Part shown: in pieces, positions 10,518 to 20,480 of the stretch
Numbering within the stretch: position 1 is the first letter of the stretch
Layout of the letters: every line of letters starts with the position of its first letter
Origin: an uncultured Ignavibacteriales bacterium
GTDB taxonomy: Bacteria; Zixibacteria; MSB-5A5; GN15; JAAZOE01
Assembly: GCA_964611355.1 (NCBI GenBank)
Contig: CAZSYD010000014.1
Span: 1 to 54,204, forward strand
DNA length: 54,204 nucleotides
Reading direction: 5' to 3'
Translations under genes and position numbers: made by a program
The notes under the pieces: generated by a model
What the model was told of the DNA's origin: nothing
What the model saw: only the letters and a program-made list of their open reading frames with translations
Databases searched by the model: none

Positions 10518-11846
10518 ATGTTTGCCCGGCGGAAAGCGGCTCCCGCCGCAATCCTTTTTACCACCCTTACGCTTTTGGCGGTCAACATCGGCTGGTGGTG
10601 GTATTACAGGTCAATTACCACCTATCTGGAAGAACAGCTCTCGCAAAGGGTGACCGGCGTCGTAGCTGTGGCCGGCCTTTACATAACCGCCGACCAGGTG
10701 GAAAATCTTTTGATCGATGACCTCGACGTTTATGCCAATCTTCTGCTTTATCTTGATTCGCTGGTCATTATCGATTCCCTTTCCGAAGCGGCGGTTATTG
10801 ATCTCGATTTCAATTACCTGATATCGACCCGATCCGACCTGGTCGAGGGCGGGTATCTTCTGACCCGGCCTAACTTCGACTCGCTTCATCAAGCGGCGCT
10901 GGGACGACCGACGGCTTCCGCATTATACGACATTGACGGCACCTACCTGAAATCAGCTTACGCCCCGCTTTATAATTCCGACGGTGACGTCGCCGCGGTG
11001 CTTGTCGCCGAAGCCGGGGCGGGGTATTTCGACCTTCTCGACACCCTGCGCCGGAACCTCTTCTTTCTTGCAGGCGGATCCGCAGGGGCGGTTGTAATTC
11101 TACTAATTTTCTATATCATCTACAGCCGCCGCCTGGCGGCGGCCGAGGAAAAAATCTACCAAGCCGGTTCGCAGGCGGCTCTGGGCCGGATGGTCGCCGT
11201 AGTCAGCCACGAAATCAAAAACCCGCTAATGATCATTGCCGCCGCCGGAGAACGGCTCGAAAAGAAACACGCTGACCCGGAAGCGTCATTTATCACCGAG
11301 GAAGTTGCCCGGCTGGACAGCATCGTTTCCGGCTATCTTTCCTTTGCCAGAGGAGACAAAACCATCAATCCCGAAACGGTTGATCTGGCCACGCTCTGCG
11401 GCAAAATCATCGCCGAATTTAGACCGCAATTCGATCAGGAAAACGTTGAGCTTCAAACCAAAATAGACGATTCGCTGCCGCCGTTTGAAGCTGACCGAAT
11501 CGGCCTCCGCCAGGTATTGATTAACCTGTTGCTCAACGCCCTCCACGCCGTTACGGGAGAACAGAATAAAAGACGGGAGAAACTCGTATTGCTTGAGGTA
11601 CTAATATCAGATAAATTGCCGGACAAGGTAATCATACGCGTATGCGACAGCGGACCCGGAATAAAGCCCGCTCATCGCGAGCGGCTGTTTGAGCCTTTTT
11701 TTACAACCCGGATCAAAGGCTCGGGACTGGGTCTTTACCTGAGCCGACGCATAATCGAATCGCATAACGGAACCGTCAGGATTACCGATGATAAAGAGGG
11801 TATGACAATGTTCGAGGTTATCCTGCCGGCGGGAGAATCGGAATGA
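10518..11846 (+). CDS. Membrane sensor histidine kinase
   Basis: Two TM helices around a periplasmic domain. H-box SHEIKNPL, N-box QVLINLLLNA, DSGPGI, FEPFFTT, GSGLGL. Confidence 0.94.
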   Translation: MFARRKAAPAAILFTTLTLLAVNIGWWWYYRSITTYLEEQLSQRVTGVVAVAGLYITADQVENLLIDDLDVYANLLLYLDSLVIIDSLSEAAVIDLDFNYLISTRSDLVEGGYLLTRPNFDSLHQAALGRPTASALYDIDGTYLKSAYAPLYNSDGDVAAVLVAEAGAGYFDLLDTLRRNLFFLAGGSAGAVVILLIFYIIYSRRLAAAEEKIYQAGSQAALGRMVAVVSHEIKNPLMIIAAAGERLEKKHADPEASFITEEVARLDSIVSGYLSFARGDKTINPETVDLATLCGKIIAEFRPQFDQENVELQTKIDDSLPPFEADRIGLRQVLINLLLNALHAVTGEQNKRREKLVLLEVLISDKLPDKVIIRVCDSGPGIKPAHRERLFEPFFTTRIKGSGLGLYLSRRIIESHNGTVRITDDKEGMTMFEVILPAGESE

Positions 11847-13174
11847 GCAGGATTTTGATTGTCGATGACGAGCCGAAAATGACGATGATGATATCATCCA
11901 GCCTGGACGAGGCCGGATATACCACTGAAACGGCCGCCAGCGGCAAAAAGGCGATGGATAAGCTTTTGAAGACGGCTTATGATCTGGTCGTTACCGATAT
12001 CAGGTTGCCGGCCCCGGACGGACTGGAAATACTCGACTGGATTTCCAAAAACCGTCCCGAAACGATAGTCATCATGATAACCGCATTCGCCGAGGTTAAA
12101 ACGGCGGTGGAAGCTTTGCGCAAAGGCGCCGCCGACTACCTGATCAAGCCGTTTCCGCTCGAAGAGCTAACCCTGCAAATTAAAAGGCTCCTCAAGCAAC
12201 GCCACACCGAGCAGTTGAAAGAGTTACGCGAAAAAGACTATGACAATCTCGCCTATGATGAGTTTATCGGCATGTCGCCTGCAACCAGGGAATTTCTTGA
12301 TCTAACTGAAAAAGTTGCCGTCACCGACACAACCGTCCTGATTACAGGGGAATCAGGAAGCGGCAAAGAACTGGCTGCCCGGATGATCCACAACCTTTCC
12401 CCGCGAAAAAACAAACCGTTCATTGCGGTCAACTGCGCCGCACTGACCGAAACGCTTCTGGAATCGGAACTGTTCGGGCACGAAAAGGGCGCCTTTACCG
12501 GAGCAGTAGCGCGCAAGCCGGGACGGTTTGAACTTGCCGACGGCGGCAGCATTTTCCTCGACGAAATCGGAGAAATGTCGCCCGCTCTTCAGGCCAAGCT
12601 GCTGAGAGTTCTGGAAGAGCGCAAAATGGTCAGAGTAGGCGGAGTTGACGTTATCGATATTGATATTCGATTAATCACCGCTACAAACCGCAATCTGAAA
12701 GAGATGATCAAAGAACGTACCTTCAGGGAAGACTTGTATTTTCGAATAAATATATTCCCGATCGCTCTGCCGCCCCTGAGGGAACGGAGAGAGGATATCC
12801 CGCTTCTGACCCGTTATTTTCTCGAAAAGAAGAACTTCCCCCACCCGGAGCTTGATGGTGAAGTAATGGAATTATTGAAAAGCTATCATTGGCCCGGTAA
12901 TATCCGCGAACTGAAAAACATTCTTGATCGGGCTATAATCCTCTCGGGTGGCGAGCCTATTAACGCGGGGTGTGTCGGGATAGATGATGAGGATATGGAG
13001 GCATCGGAATTGCTTGGGATAACCGCCGGAAAATCGCTGGGCGAAGCCGAAAAACAGCAGATTCTGGATGCCCTGAAGCGGGCCGAAGGGAGCAAAACGG
13101 AAGCGGCACGGCTTCTGGGAATAACACGGCGCAGGCTCTATTCCCGGATGAAAATACACGGAATAAATCCATAG
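11843..13174 (+). CDS. Sigma54-dependent response regulator (NtrC/AtoC/ZraR family)
   Basis: Receiver domain, GESGSGKE, GAFTGA, FLDEIGE, WPGNIREL, Fis-type HTH. ATGA overlap with the kinase. Confidence 0.96.
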   Translation: MSRILIVDDEPKMTMMISSSLDEAGYTTETAASGKKAMDKLLKTAYDLVVTDIRLPAPDGLEILDWISKNRPETIVIMITAFAEVKTAVEALRKGAADYLIKPFPLEELTLQIKRLLKQRHTEQLKELREKDYDNLAYDEFIGMSPATREFLDLTEKVAVTDTTVLITGESGSGKELAARMIHNLSPRKNKPFIAVNCAALTETLLESELFGHEKGAFTGAVARKPGRFELADGGSIFLDEIGEMSPALQAKLLRVLEERKMVRVGGVDVIDIDIRLITATNRNLKEMIKERTFREDLYFRINIFPIALPPLRERREDIPLLTRYFLEKKNFPHPELDGEVMELLKSYHWPGNIRELKNILDRAIILSGGEPINAGCVGIDDEDMEASELLGITAGKSLGEAEKQQILDALKRAEGSKTEAARLLGITRRRLYSRMKIHGINP

Positions 13175-13176
13175 AC

Positions 13177-13311
13177 TGTCCGTTACGGTACATCTGGCCG
13201 CGAGGGTACATACAAGAGGGCAATTGAAGCAGGCGAAGAATGTTTAATTTGTTGCTAAACAATGCAATAACCCATATCTGCGAGGGAAAAGGAACCGGCA
13301 CGGTAATTGAA
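13177..13311 (+). promoter_or_regulatory. Sigma54 promoter region: tandem enhancer boxes, IHF-like site and -24/-12 element
   Basis: TGTCCGTTACGGTACA (13177-13192) and TGGCCGCGAGGGTACA (13195-13210). IHF-like TAGCAACAAATTA on the minus strand (13245-13257). CCGGCACGGTAATTGAA (13295-13311; GG-N10-GA variant). Confidence 0.62.
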
Positions 13312-13344
13312 GCTGTATCAGGTGGAGAAGAAAGGACAGGTTAT

Positions 13345-14367
13345 ATGAGATATGGGTTAATGATATTCGCTTTTCTTGGCCTTCTGCTTATAAGCGGGGT
13401 TTCTCTGGCGCAGAATGATAACATTGCAGCCCTGAATACGGCCATGGAAAGGACCTATCAGGCCATCGAAAAGGCCAAAGATGTGGTAGGTAAAAGCAAT
13501 TCCGAACGGGCCAAGTACCTTCTGGAAGTTGCCATAAGGCTCCAGGAGCATGCCGATCAATTGAGAAAATCGGAGCGGTTCGGTAGCGTAGCCCAAGCCG
13601 GGAAATACACTTTCAGCGCCCGTGAAAAAGCCTTGCGGGCTATCGCCATTGCCCGTCAGGCGACCGAAAACGAGGATTACATCCTCCGCCGCCTGGAACG
13701 GACCGATGATTTAATCCGGCGAATCGAGGAAAAGGCAGGACCTGACACGCCCGACAAAATCATGCTTATTCTTGACACCGCCCGCAAGAAACAGCAGCGA
13801 GCCGTGGAGCTTTTTCGCAATCGGCGCTTTAAGATGGCCCTGCAGTTGACCATGCAGGTGGAAAAATCACTGGAAAAGATAATCGAGCAGGTTGGCGGAT
13901 ATGTAAAAACCAGGAAGCGGTTCGAATCGCTTCAGGGAAGGTATTACACTCTTCTGGATCGAATTGAAACCGGCGGTTTCGGCGATGACGCTAAGACCGG
14001 AACTCTGATTGAACGGGCTGAAAGCCTTTGTGCCGAAGCAGAAAAACTTGCCGATAATGGCGCGATTGCCAGAGCTGAGAAGACGATGCAAAAAGCGGTT
14101 GAAATACTCCTGAGAATAGCGGAAAATCAGAAGGAGCCGGGCAAAATAAAAAGGGCGCTGGAACATCTGAAAAGGCGCGCGGATATACTCAAAGAGAAAA
14201 TCGACGCTTCCGGCTACCGGCAGGCCGGCAAACTGCATCAAAACGCCGTGGAGCACCTCGAAAAGGCATCGGCTTTATATCAGGAAGGCAATTATGAATC
14301 TGCCGCCACTCAACTCCAAGCCGCCCGGCAGATTCTGGCCCGAGTGGAAAAGCTGTTGGAAAAATAG
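13345..14367 (+). CDS. Secreted all-helical repeat protein of unknown function
   Basis: ATG 13345 after AAGGA. Signal peptide ending SLA. About four loosely repeated amphipathic helical-bundle units. Confidence 0.75.
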   Translation: MRYGLMIFAFLGLLLISGVSLAQNDNIAALNTAMERTYQAIEKAKDVVGKSNSERAKYLLEVAIRLQEHADQLRKSERFGSVAQAGKYTFSAREKALRAIAIARQATENEDYILRRLERTDDLIRRIEEKAGPDTPDKIMLILDTARKKQQRAVELFRNRRFKMALQLTMQVEKSLEKIIEQVGGYVKTRKRFESLQGRYYTLLDRIETGGFGDDAKTGTLIERAESLCAEAEKLADNGAIARAEKTMQKAVEILLRIAENQKEPGKIKRALEHLKRRADILKEKIDASGYRQAGKLHQNAVEHLEKASALYQEGNYESAATQLQAARQILARVEKLLEK

Positions 14368-14377
14368 AGGATAATCG

Positions 14378-15700
14378 TTGCCGGCTACGTTCAACAGGTT
14401 CGCCTTATTTATATCTTTAGCGGCAGCCGCCCCTGCGGTTGCCGCCAATTTTTATGATAACAGGGGCCTCTCGGCTGACGCCGGTCTGGAATATCAACTT
14501 ATCACCCAGGAATACTATAACGCCATTATAGACACGACATCGCTGGATCCGATTGAAAACTGGATTCTCTCCAAAGATGAGATTGATGACTTCATCTTCC
14601 GCACTAATATCGATTACGGCTACAAGAGTTCCGGGAAACTCTTTGATGCCCTTGCCGATCTGGAAATATCAGCCGACCGTTTCCTGGGGCGAGCAGAAGG
14701 ATCATACAGGCTCGGCGATTTCGACAATAATATCAAAGCTTACGGCAAATTCGAAAACAAAACCCCACTTGACGATGCCAAAAACCGAAATGACGGGTAT
14801 AACTACATCCAGACCTATCTTAAGGCGGATCGCAGGCTTTCTTCATTGATCAGTCTGAATCTGAAAACCAGCTTCGAAACCGTATTGTTTGATGAATTGG
14901 ATACCGCCGAATCAGGCAACAGCGAAACAACATCTTACCGGGCATATAATTTCGATTATTCCATTCTTTCGGCCAGATTTGGGGGAGAGTTGACCCTGTC
15001 GGAGCCGGCCAGCAATATTTACTGGTACGGAGCTGTTTATCATCGCCATGTCCCGGATTCCGCCGAGGCAAGGTATGACGACTACCGTTTTAACGTCGAG
15101 TACAGCGCTTTTAGTATCAACAGGTATCTCAGCCTGGAAGGCGAAATACGACACAAGGATTATAACCAGCCGGACAATCAGGATGATTATACTGCTCTGA
15201 ATTTTCACAGCCGATTGAACAAAACGCTGAACAGTGAAATCGAGGGGTCTCTGGCTCTCATATACGAGAATTACTGGTTTGGAAAATCTGATGTTATTAA
15301 TCGCGATTACCGGCTCTTCAGGACGGAACTTAAAGTAACGCAACAGATTTCAGATCTGAGCCTTGGCCCGCTGGCAAGATTTGAATTTAGGGATGAAGAT
15401 GAATCCGGCTATACCTCCGAATCATACGGCCAATGGGAATTTGGAGGCGCCGCCGGGCTTATCGGTAAAGACCGTCTGTTTTTTGACGTGGAAACAACCT
15501 ATGGAAAAAGGGATTACCAGGACAAAGAGGGGACTTTGAGTTCCTATACATTTGTCTCAGTATCCCTGATGGCAAATTATGCCTTATGGAAAGAAATATC
15601 GATAAATGCTATATTTGACGGTGACTTCGAAAGCCATGAGAAGGCCGAGGATGACTCCAATCTTTACCTTCTTACGATCGGTATGAGCGCCCGTTTTTAG
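14378..15700 (+). CDS. Putative outer-membrane beta-barrel protein
   Basis: Signal peptide, alternating Tyr/Phe-rich strands, C-terminal LLTIGMSARF (terminal Phe, beta-signal-like). Confidence 0.72.
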   Translation: MPATFNRFALFISLAAAAPAVAANFYDNRGLSADAGLEYQLITQEYYNAIIDTTSLDPIENWILSKDEIDDFIFRTNIDYGYKSSGKLFDALADLEISADRFLGRAEGSYRLGDFDNNIKAYGKFENKTPLDDAKNRNDGYNYIQTYLKADRRLSSLISLNLKTSFETVLFDELDTAESGNSETTSYRAYNFDYSILSARFGGELTLSEPASNIYWYGAVYHRHVPDSAEARYDDYRFNVEYSAFSINRYLSLEGEIRHKDYNQPDNQDDYTALNFHSRLNKTLNSEIEGSLALIYENYWFGKSDVINRDYRLFRTELKVTQQISDLSLGPLARFEFRDEDESGYTSESYGQWEFGGAAGLIGKDRLFFDVETTYGKRDYQDKEGTLSSYTFVSVSLMANYALWKEISINAIFDGDFESHEKAEDDSNLYLLTIGMSARF

Positions 15701-15733
15701 GGTTCCGCCGCAGAACTTAATCCAAGAAAACGC

Positions 15734-16066
15734 TTGACAAATCGGGACAATATATTAGATTGCAATTGTCTAGGGATAAGTTGTGTTTTTACGCACCTTA
15801 AAAGCTTCAATAGCACCTTAGTAGCTTAATACCTGCCTAAAGTTTGCAGGTTACCAACTTGCTCTTACGAAAGCCCTTTTTACTGGTACTAAAAAAGTAC
15901 TGAAGTAACCATTGTAGGCTTTTCTTCAATCGAGGAAATTTTCCTGGGTTGGATAAAAGGCTTGAGATACTTAAACCAATTCAAATGAGGTTTTAAGTAA
16001 AAAGGTGACTTCATTACGGCATCTTAAAACGGATGCTGTATTGAATTAAATTAAAGGAGCAATGTA
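15734..16066 (+). promoter_or_regulatory. Sigma70 promoter followed by a long structured 5' leader
   Basis: TTGACA-N16-TAGATT (15734-15761), then about 300 nt with several hairpins and an AAGGAG RBS. Confidence 0.55.
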
Positions 16067-18724
16067 ATGAAGCATAACAAGCTACTTACATTATCATTGC
16101 TGGTCTCGTTTCTGATTCTGGCTTCGGCTTCTTTTGCTCAGGATTCGTTCACTTACGGTACTGTCAGTTCTCGTCCGTATCCCGCCGGTGCAACCGTCGA
16201 GGTTCCGGTTTATATCAATAACACCGTTGCTGTAGCGGCCTTTGACGCGGTCGGCACGACCGGGACCGACGGCAACGTTGAAATCGCGGTAGCCGGTATA
16301 GTCTTCGACAACGACATGGCCGATCTGAATGTCCTTAATGACCGTTTTGGCATTCAGGATCTTGGCAGCGGCAAGTACCGTTTTGGCGCCGTTAAGACTG
16401 ACGCCGTGGACGGTCTGGATCTGCCGGTGGGTAATGGTCAGGTTGCCACGCTGACGTTTACGTTTGTTTCAGGCTGTAAGCTGGGCACGGCAACCATTGA
16501 ACCGACCGACGGCGAGTGGAACGGCCATCCGGTTGTTAACAATATGGTCGCTTCAACAGGCGATCCGATTGATCCTCTGGACATCGTCAATGGCGCTGTA
16601 AATGTCATCGATGAGGCTCCGTTCATCACCAACTGCCCGACTGAACCCTTCGTGGTCTACTGGAACAGTGATCCTCAAAATGTGGTGTATCCCATAGAAG
16701 CCGACGACTATGACCTGCCTTGCGGCTGCGACGTGTTGAACTATAATCTTCTGGACGGCCCGGGAGATCTCGCGGGTAATATCTATTCGTGGAATCCCAC
16801 CGGCCCGGACGTTGGTTGTCATCATGTCATAGTCGAAGTTGTGGATCGTTACATGCTTGCAGTTACCTGCGAGTTTGACATCGAAGTCCTGAACAAGCCG
16901 CCGGTGATCACCTGCCCAGAATATGCCGAGGGCGAAATTGCTTTCCATGTTCTGATGGGTGATCTTATCACGGAGACGGTTACGGCCATCGATCCTGACG
17001 CCGGTCCTCTGGGCATGACCTACTCGCTCGGCACAGCCACAACAGCAGGCGGCTCAATTGGCGCGACCAGCGGCATATACGAGTGGAATGTTCCTGACGA
17101 TCCCTCTTATATCGGCGATTACCTAGTCGAAGCAATCGTTACGGACGGGGCCAATCTCGATCCGTGCAATAAAGAGAATGCCGACACCTGTTACTTCACG
17201 ATCACCGTCATGCCTTCGTACCGTGTTTCCATCGAGTACAAGACTGACGATGGCAAGGGTGCGGGTGTCACTCAGGGTCATTATCATGACCTCTCCATTA
17301 CTCTTGACGATGCTTACACCGTCATGGAGATGGGTGGTTATGATTTCCTGATCTCCTATGAGCATTCCCTTGGCGCCCTGACCTTCATGAGCGCCGCGAT
17401 GGGTGACCTTCTGGTTGACGGTGAGTGGGAATATTTCACTTACCGCTTCGGACCTTTCGGTAATTGCGGCAGCGCCTGTCCGTCAGGTTTGGTTCGTCTG
17501 AATGCCATGGCCGAGACAAACAACGGCAGCCACGTGGCCACCAATTTTGACAATTCGCACGGCTTCAATGAGCTGGCGGTTATGACATTCTATGTCTCAA
17601 ATGACCGCACTTATAACTGCTCATATGCGCCGGTCGAGTGGTTCTGGATTGATTGTGGCGATAACACCATCTCCTCCAAGTATGGTGATACCCTCTTCAT
17701 CGAGAGGGAAATCTATACTTACGAGGGCGATCCGGTGGGTGACCCGCCGAGCGGCTATGACCTTCTGCCCGGTTACTGGGGTGTTGGCGACGATTGTCTC
17801 TTGGGAACAGACAAAGGCTACCCGATTCGTGGAATCGACTTCACGAACGGCGGGTTCCTGATCATCTGTTCCGACAGTATCGATGCCATTGGTGATATTA
17901 ACATCAACGGCATTCGGTACGAGGTCGCCGATGCGGTCATGTACACGAACTACTTCATCGAAGGCCTGTCCGCCTTTTATGGTCATGTCGAGGCCTCGAT
18001 TGCGGCTTCTGATGTGAATGCCGACGGTATTACCCTGTCCGTGTCTGACCTGGTTTACCTGGTCCGCGTGGTTGTTGGTGACGCTCTGCCATACGCCAAG
18101 CTGACTCCCGGGGTTGACAACATCAATGTTGCCACCCAGTTGGTCGGCAGCGATATGGCCGTGACGTACGACGCCAGCACCGATATCGGCGCCATGCTGA
18201 TGATCTATAAGATCGACGGCACTATTGGCGAGCCGACTCTCGGCAGCGGCGCGGCAGACATGAATATCGTTTACGGGATTGCAGGCAATGAACTTCGTGT
18301 CCTGATCTACAATATTGGAAAGAACGCCATTCTGGGCGGCCGCCACGACCTGGTTAACATCCCGGTTGATGGTTCGCTCGAGCTCAAGAGTGTGGAGGTG
18401 GCTGACTACTTTGGTAATGCCATGGAAGCCTCCGTTCGTGTTCTGCCCACTACGTTTGATCTGGCACAGAACTATCCTAACCCGTTCAACCCCACCACCA
18501 CTATTGAGTTGTCTCTGCCGGTAGCATCCGACTACAATGTCGTGATCTACAATATTGCAGGTCAGCTCATCCGGACCTACAACGGTTCGGCCGAGGCTGG
18601 TGTGGTCGAGGTCGTGTGGGATGGTAGGGACGCTTCCGGTAACCAAGTGGCTTCCGGTATGTACTTCTACAAAGGTACCGCCAGTCACTTCTCGGCTACC
18701 AAGAAGATGATCCTTATGAAGTAA
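16067..18724 (+). CDS. Large secreted surface protein: cohesin-like and Ig-like domains, dockerin-like EF-hand pair, C-terminal FlgD-Ig/T9SS-like domain
   Basis: Signal peptide. GATVEVPVYI cohesin-like start. GDININGI..VADAV and SDVNADGITLSVSDLVYL dockerin-like loops. C-terminal LAQNYPNPFNPTT..WDG..VASGMYFY..KKMILMK. Confidence 0.85.
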   Translation: MKHNKLLTLSLLVSFLILASASFAQDSFTYGTVSSRPYPAGATVEVPVYINNTVAVAAFDAVGTTGTDGNVEIAVAGIVFDNDMADLNVLNDRFGIQDLGSGKYRFGAVKTDAVDGLDLPVGNGQVATLTFTFVSGCKLGTATIEPTDGEWNGHPVVNNMVASTGDPIDPLDIVNGAVNVIDEAPFITNCPTEPFVVYWNSDPQNVVYPIEADDYDLPCGCDVLNYNLLDGPGDLAGNIYSWNPTGPDVGCHHVIVEVVDRYMLAVTCEFDIEVLNKPPVITCPEYAEGEIAFHVLMGDLITETVTAIDPDAGPLGMTYSLGTATTAGGSIGATSGIYEWNVPDDPSYIGDYLVEAIVTDGANLDPCNKENADTCYFTITVMPSYRVSIEYKTDDGKGAGVTQGHYHDLSITLDDAYTVMEMGGYDFLISYEHSLGALTFMSAAMGDLLVDGEWEYFTYRFGPFGNCGSACPSGLVRLNAMAETNNGSHVATNFDNSHGFNELAVMTFYVSNDRTYNCSYAPVEWFWIDCGDNTISSKYGDTLFIEREIYTYEGDPVGDPPSGYDLLPGYWGVGDDCLLGTDKGYPIRGIDFTNGGFLIICSDSIDAIGDININGIRYEVADAVMYTNYFIEGLSAFYGHVEASIAASDVNADGITLSVSDLVYLVRVVVGDALPYAKLTPGVDNINVATQLVGSDMAVTYDASTDIGAMLMIYKIDGTIGEPTLGSGAADMNIVYGIAGNELRVLIYNIGKNAILGGRHDLVNIPVDGSLELKSVEVADYFGNAMEASVRVLPTTFDLAQNYPNPFNPTTTIELSLPVASDYNVVIYNIAGQLIRTYNGSAEAGVVEVVWDGRDASGNQVASGMYFYKGTASHFSATKKMILMK

Positions 18725-18758
18725 GCTTGGTCTGACCTACACAAGACTGCTAACGATT

Positions 18759-18794
18759 GCCCCGCTTTCTTAACTGAAAGCGGGGCCTTTTTTT
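18759..18794 (+). terminator. Rho-independent terminator
   Basis: GCCCCGCTTTC-ttaact-GAAAGCGGGGC followed by a T7 tract. Confidence 0.9.
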
Positions 18795-18847
18795 ACCACC
18801 GACAGACGACAATTGACTTGAATGAAGTTTTTCTGTAGTTTTGAGCG

Positions 18848-19291
18848 ATGAAAGAGAAACGGTTTCTCGGCCTTGATTTCGGCCAAAGAAGGATCGGCGT
18901 TGCCGTCTCCGATCCGAGCGGACTTATCGCAGGGTCTCTTAAAACCCTGATCGTTAAAAATACCGACGATGCCCTTCAGCAGGTTTTAGAGCTTGTCTCG
19001 GAGCATAATATCGCCGGAATCGTCCTGGGACTGCCTTTGAATCTGTCTGGCGACGCTTCCGAAGTGTCAAAAGAGGTCGAAGCGTTTGCGGGAAGACTTC
19101 GATCCTCTTGCGACGTGCCGGTCTTTCTCGAAGATGAACGGCTAAGTTCCCGATTGGCGGAATCGGTTCTCCACGCGCACGGCAAAAGAATAAAGGGACA
19201 CAAGGGGAAAATCGATCGGATTGCGGCAGTAATAATACTCCAATCGTTTCTTGACCGGCAAAATATGCAAAGGGATAGGGATCAGGATTGA
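18848..19291 (+). CDS. ruvX: RuvX/YqgF pre-16S rRNA nuclease
   Basis: LGLDFGQRRIGVAVSD, VLGLP, DERLSS, IDRIAAVIILQSFL. Confidence 0.94.
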   Translation: MKEKRFLGLDFGQRRIGVAVSDPSGLIAGSLKTLIVKNTDDALQQVLELVSEHNIAGIVLGLPLNLSGDASEVSKEVEAFAGRLRSSCDVPVFLEDERLSSRLAESVLHAHGKRIKGHKGKIDRIAAVIILQSFLDRQNMQRDRDQD

Positions 19292-19476
19292 CAGGTCGCA
19301 ATGATGTCAGTGAAGAAAGAACCGCCATGCGTCCGCGGCTGCCGGCGAGGTATCGTAAAACCCTCAGGGCCCGGCTGCACTATCTTTTCTTGAGCCTCGT
19401 CCTGCTGCTTCTGTGGCCGTTGTCGATAATATTCAGAGGAATCGAAAAACTGCTTCGACATGAAAAGCAAGATTAA
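19288..19476 (+). CDS. Possible small membrane protein bridging ruvX and mltG
   Basis: Fills the gap exactly, overlaps both neighbours, and has one hydrophobic stretch. No recognisable family. Confidence 0.3.
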   Translation: MTGRNDVSEERTAMRPRLPARYRKTLRARLHYLFLSLVLLLLWPLSIIFRGIEKLLRHEKQD

Positions 19477-20464
19477 GAGATACCTGCTCGCCCTGACGGT
19501 TGTAACGGCCGTTTTCATTATTGCCTTTGGCTGGTGGCTATTTGACCGCCATGAAATCTATCCGGCCTCGATTATTGTCGAACACGGAGAACCGTTTTAC
19601 AAGATCGTCGTCAAGCTTAAAGACCGTGAAGTGATCGGTTCGCCCTGGCTTTTTTCAAAGATCGGCATTCTGGCCGGGTTCGACCGCAAGGTGATTCCCG
19701 GGCGGTACGATTTCGGCCGCAAGGTTTCCAACTTCGACGTCCTGCGTAAACTATGGCGGGGCGATATCGCCGTTATGAGCTTTACGGTTCCGGAAGGGTA
19801 TAATCTGAAGCAGATCCGACAACTTCTCCACCAGAGATGCGGCGCCGACCCGGATACCTTCGACAGCCTTGTGCGCGATTCGCAATACCTGGCCGCGCTG
19901 GGTATAGAGGCCGGTTTCGCCGAGGGATATCTTTTCCCGGAGACCTATAATTTTCAGTGGGGTGTCACGGCGATCGAGGCTGTCGAAACCATGATCGGCG
20001 AACTTTTTTTGCACGTTAACGATTCGATAACGGCTCGTTGCAACGGCCTCGATTATACTCTCCATGAACTTTTGACAATGGCCTCAATCATTGAGCTTGA
20101 AGGTACGGCCGCAGACGAATTCGGGAAAATCGCCTCGGTTTATTCCAATCGGTATAAAACCGGAATGAAATTGCAGGCTGATCCGACCGTCATTTACGGA
20201 ATGGGCGGCCTTGACCGGGAACTCAGGGTCAAGGATTACCAGTTTCCCTCACGATATAATACTTACCTGCATAAAGGGTTGCCCCCCACGCCGATTTGCT
20301 CGCCGGGCCTGAGAGCGATCATGGCCGCCCTGTACCCCGATTCCACCGATTATTATTATTTCGTCGCCGATGGCAACGGACGACACGTCTTTAACAAGAA
20401 TTATAAACAGCATCTGAAAGATACCCGAAGAATCAAAAGAGAATTAAAAAGACAGGGAAGATAG
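19460..20464 (+). CDS. mltG: Endolytic transglycosylase MltG
   Basis: N-terminal TM, TVPEG, EGYLFPETY, MASIIELE, LQADPTVIY, YNTY..GLPPTPI. Confidence 0.94.
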   Translation: MKSKIKRYLLALTVVTAVFIIAFGWWLFDRHEIYPASIIVEHGEPFYKIVVKLKDREVIGSPWLFSKIGILAGFDRKVIPGRYDFGRKVSNFDVLRKLWRGDIAVMSFTVPEGYNLKQIRQLLHQRCGADPDTFDSLVRDSQYLAALGIEAGFAEGYLFPETYNFQWGVTAIEAVETMIGELFLHVNDSITARCNGLDYTLHELLTMASIIELEGTAADEFGKIASVYSNRYKTGMKLQADPTVIYGMGGLDRELRVKDYQFPSRYNTYLHKGLPPTPICSPGLRAIMAALYPDSTDYYYFVADGNGRHVFNKNYKQHLKDTRRIKRELKRQGR

Positions 20465-20480
20465 GTTTTTACCCGTTTCG

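Noticed and set aside
15762..16066. Known riboswitch (c-di-GMP, SAM, TPP, cobalamin) in the leader
   Set aside because: I could not find the conserved core motifs of these classes, so it is kept only as an unclassified structured leader.
17621..18688. 355-aa antisense ORF (also 24542-25378, 34543-35403, 39651-40517)
   Set aside because: These lie opposite well-supported genes with biased codon usage and have no recognisable motifs.
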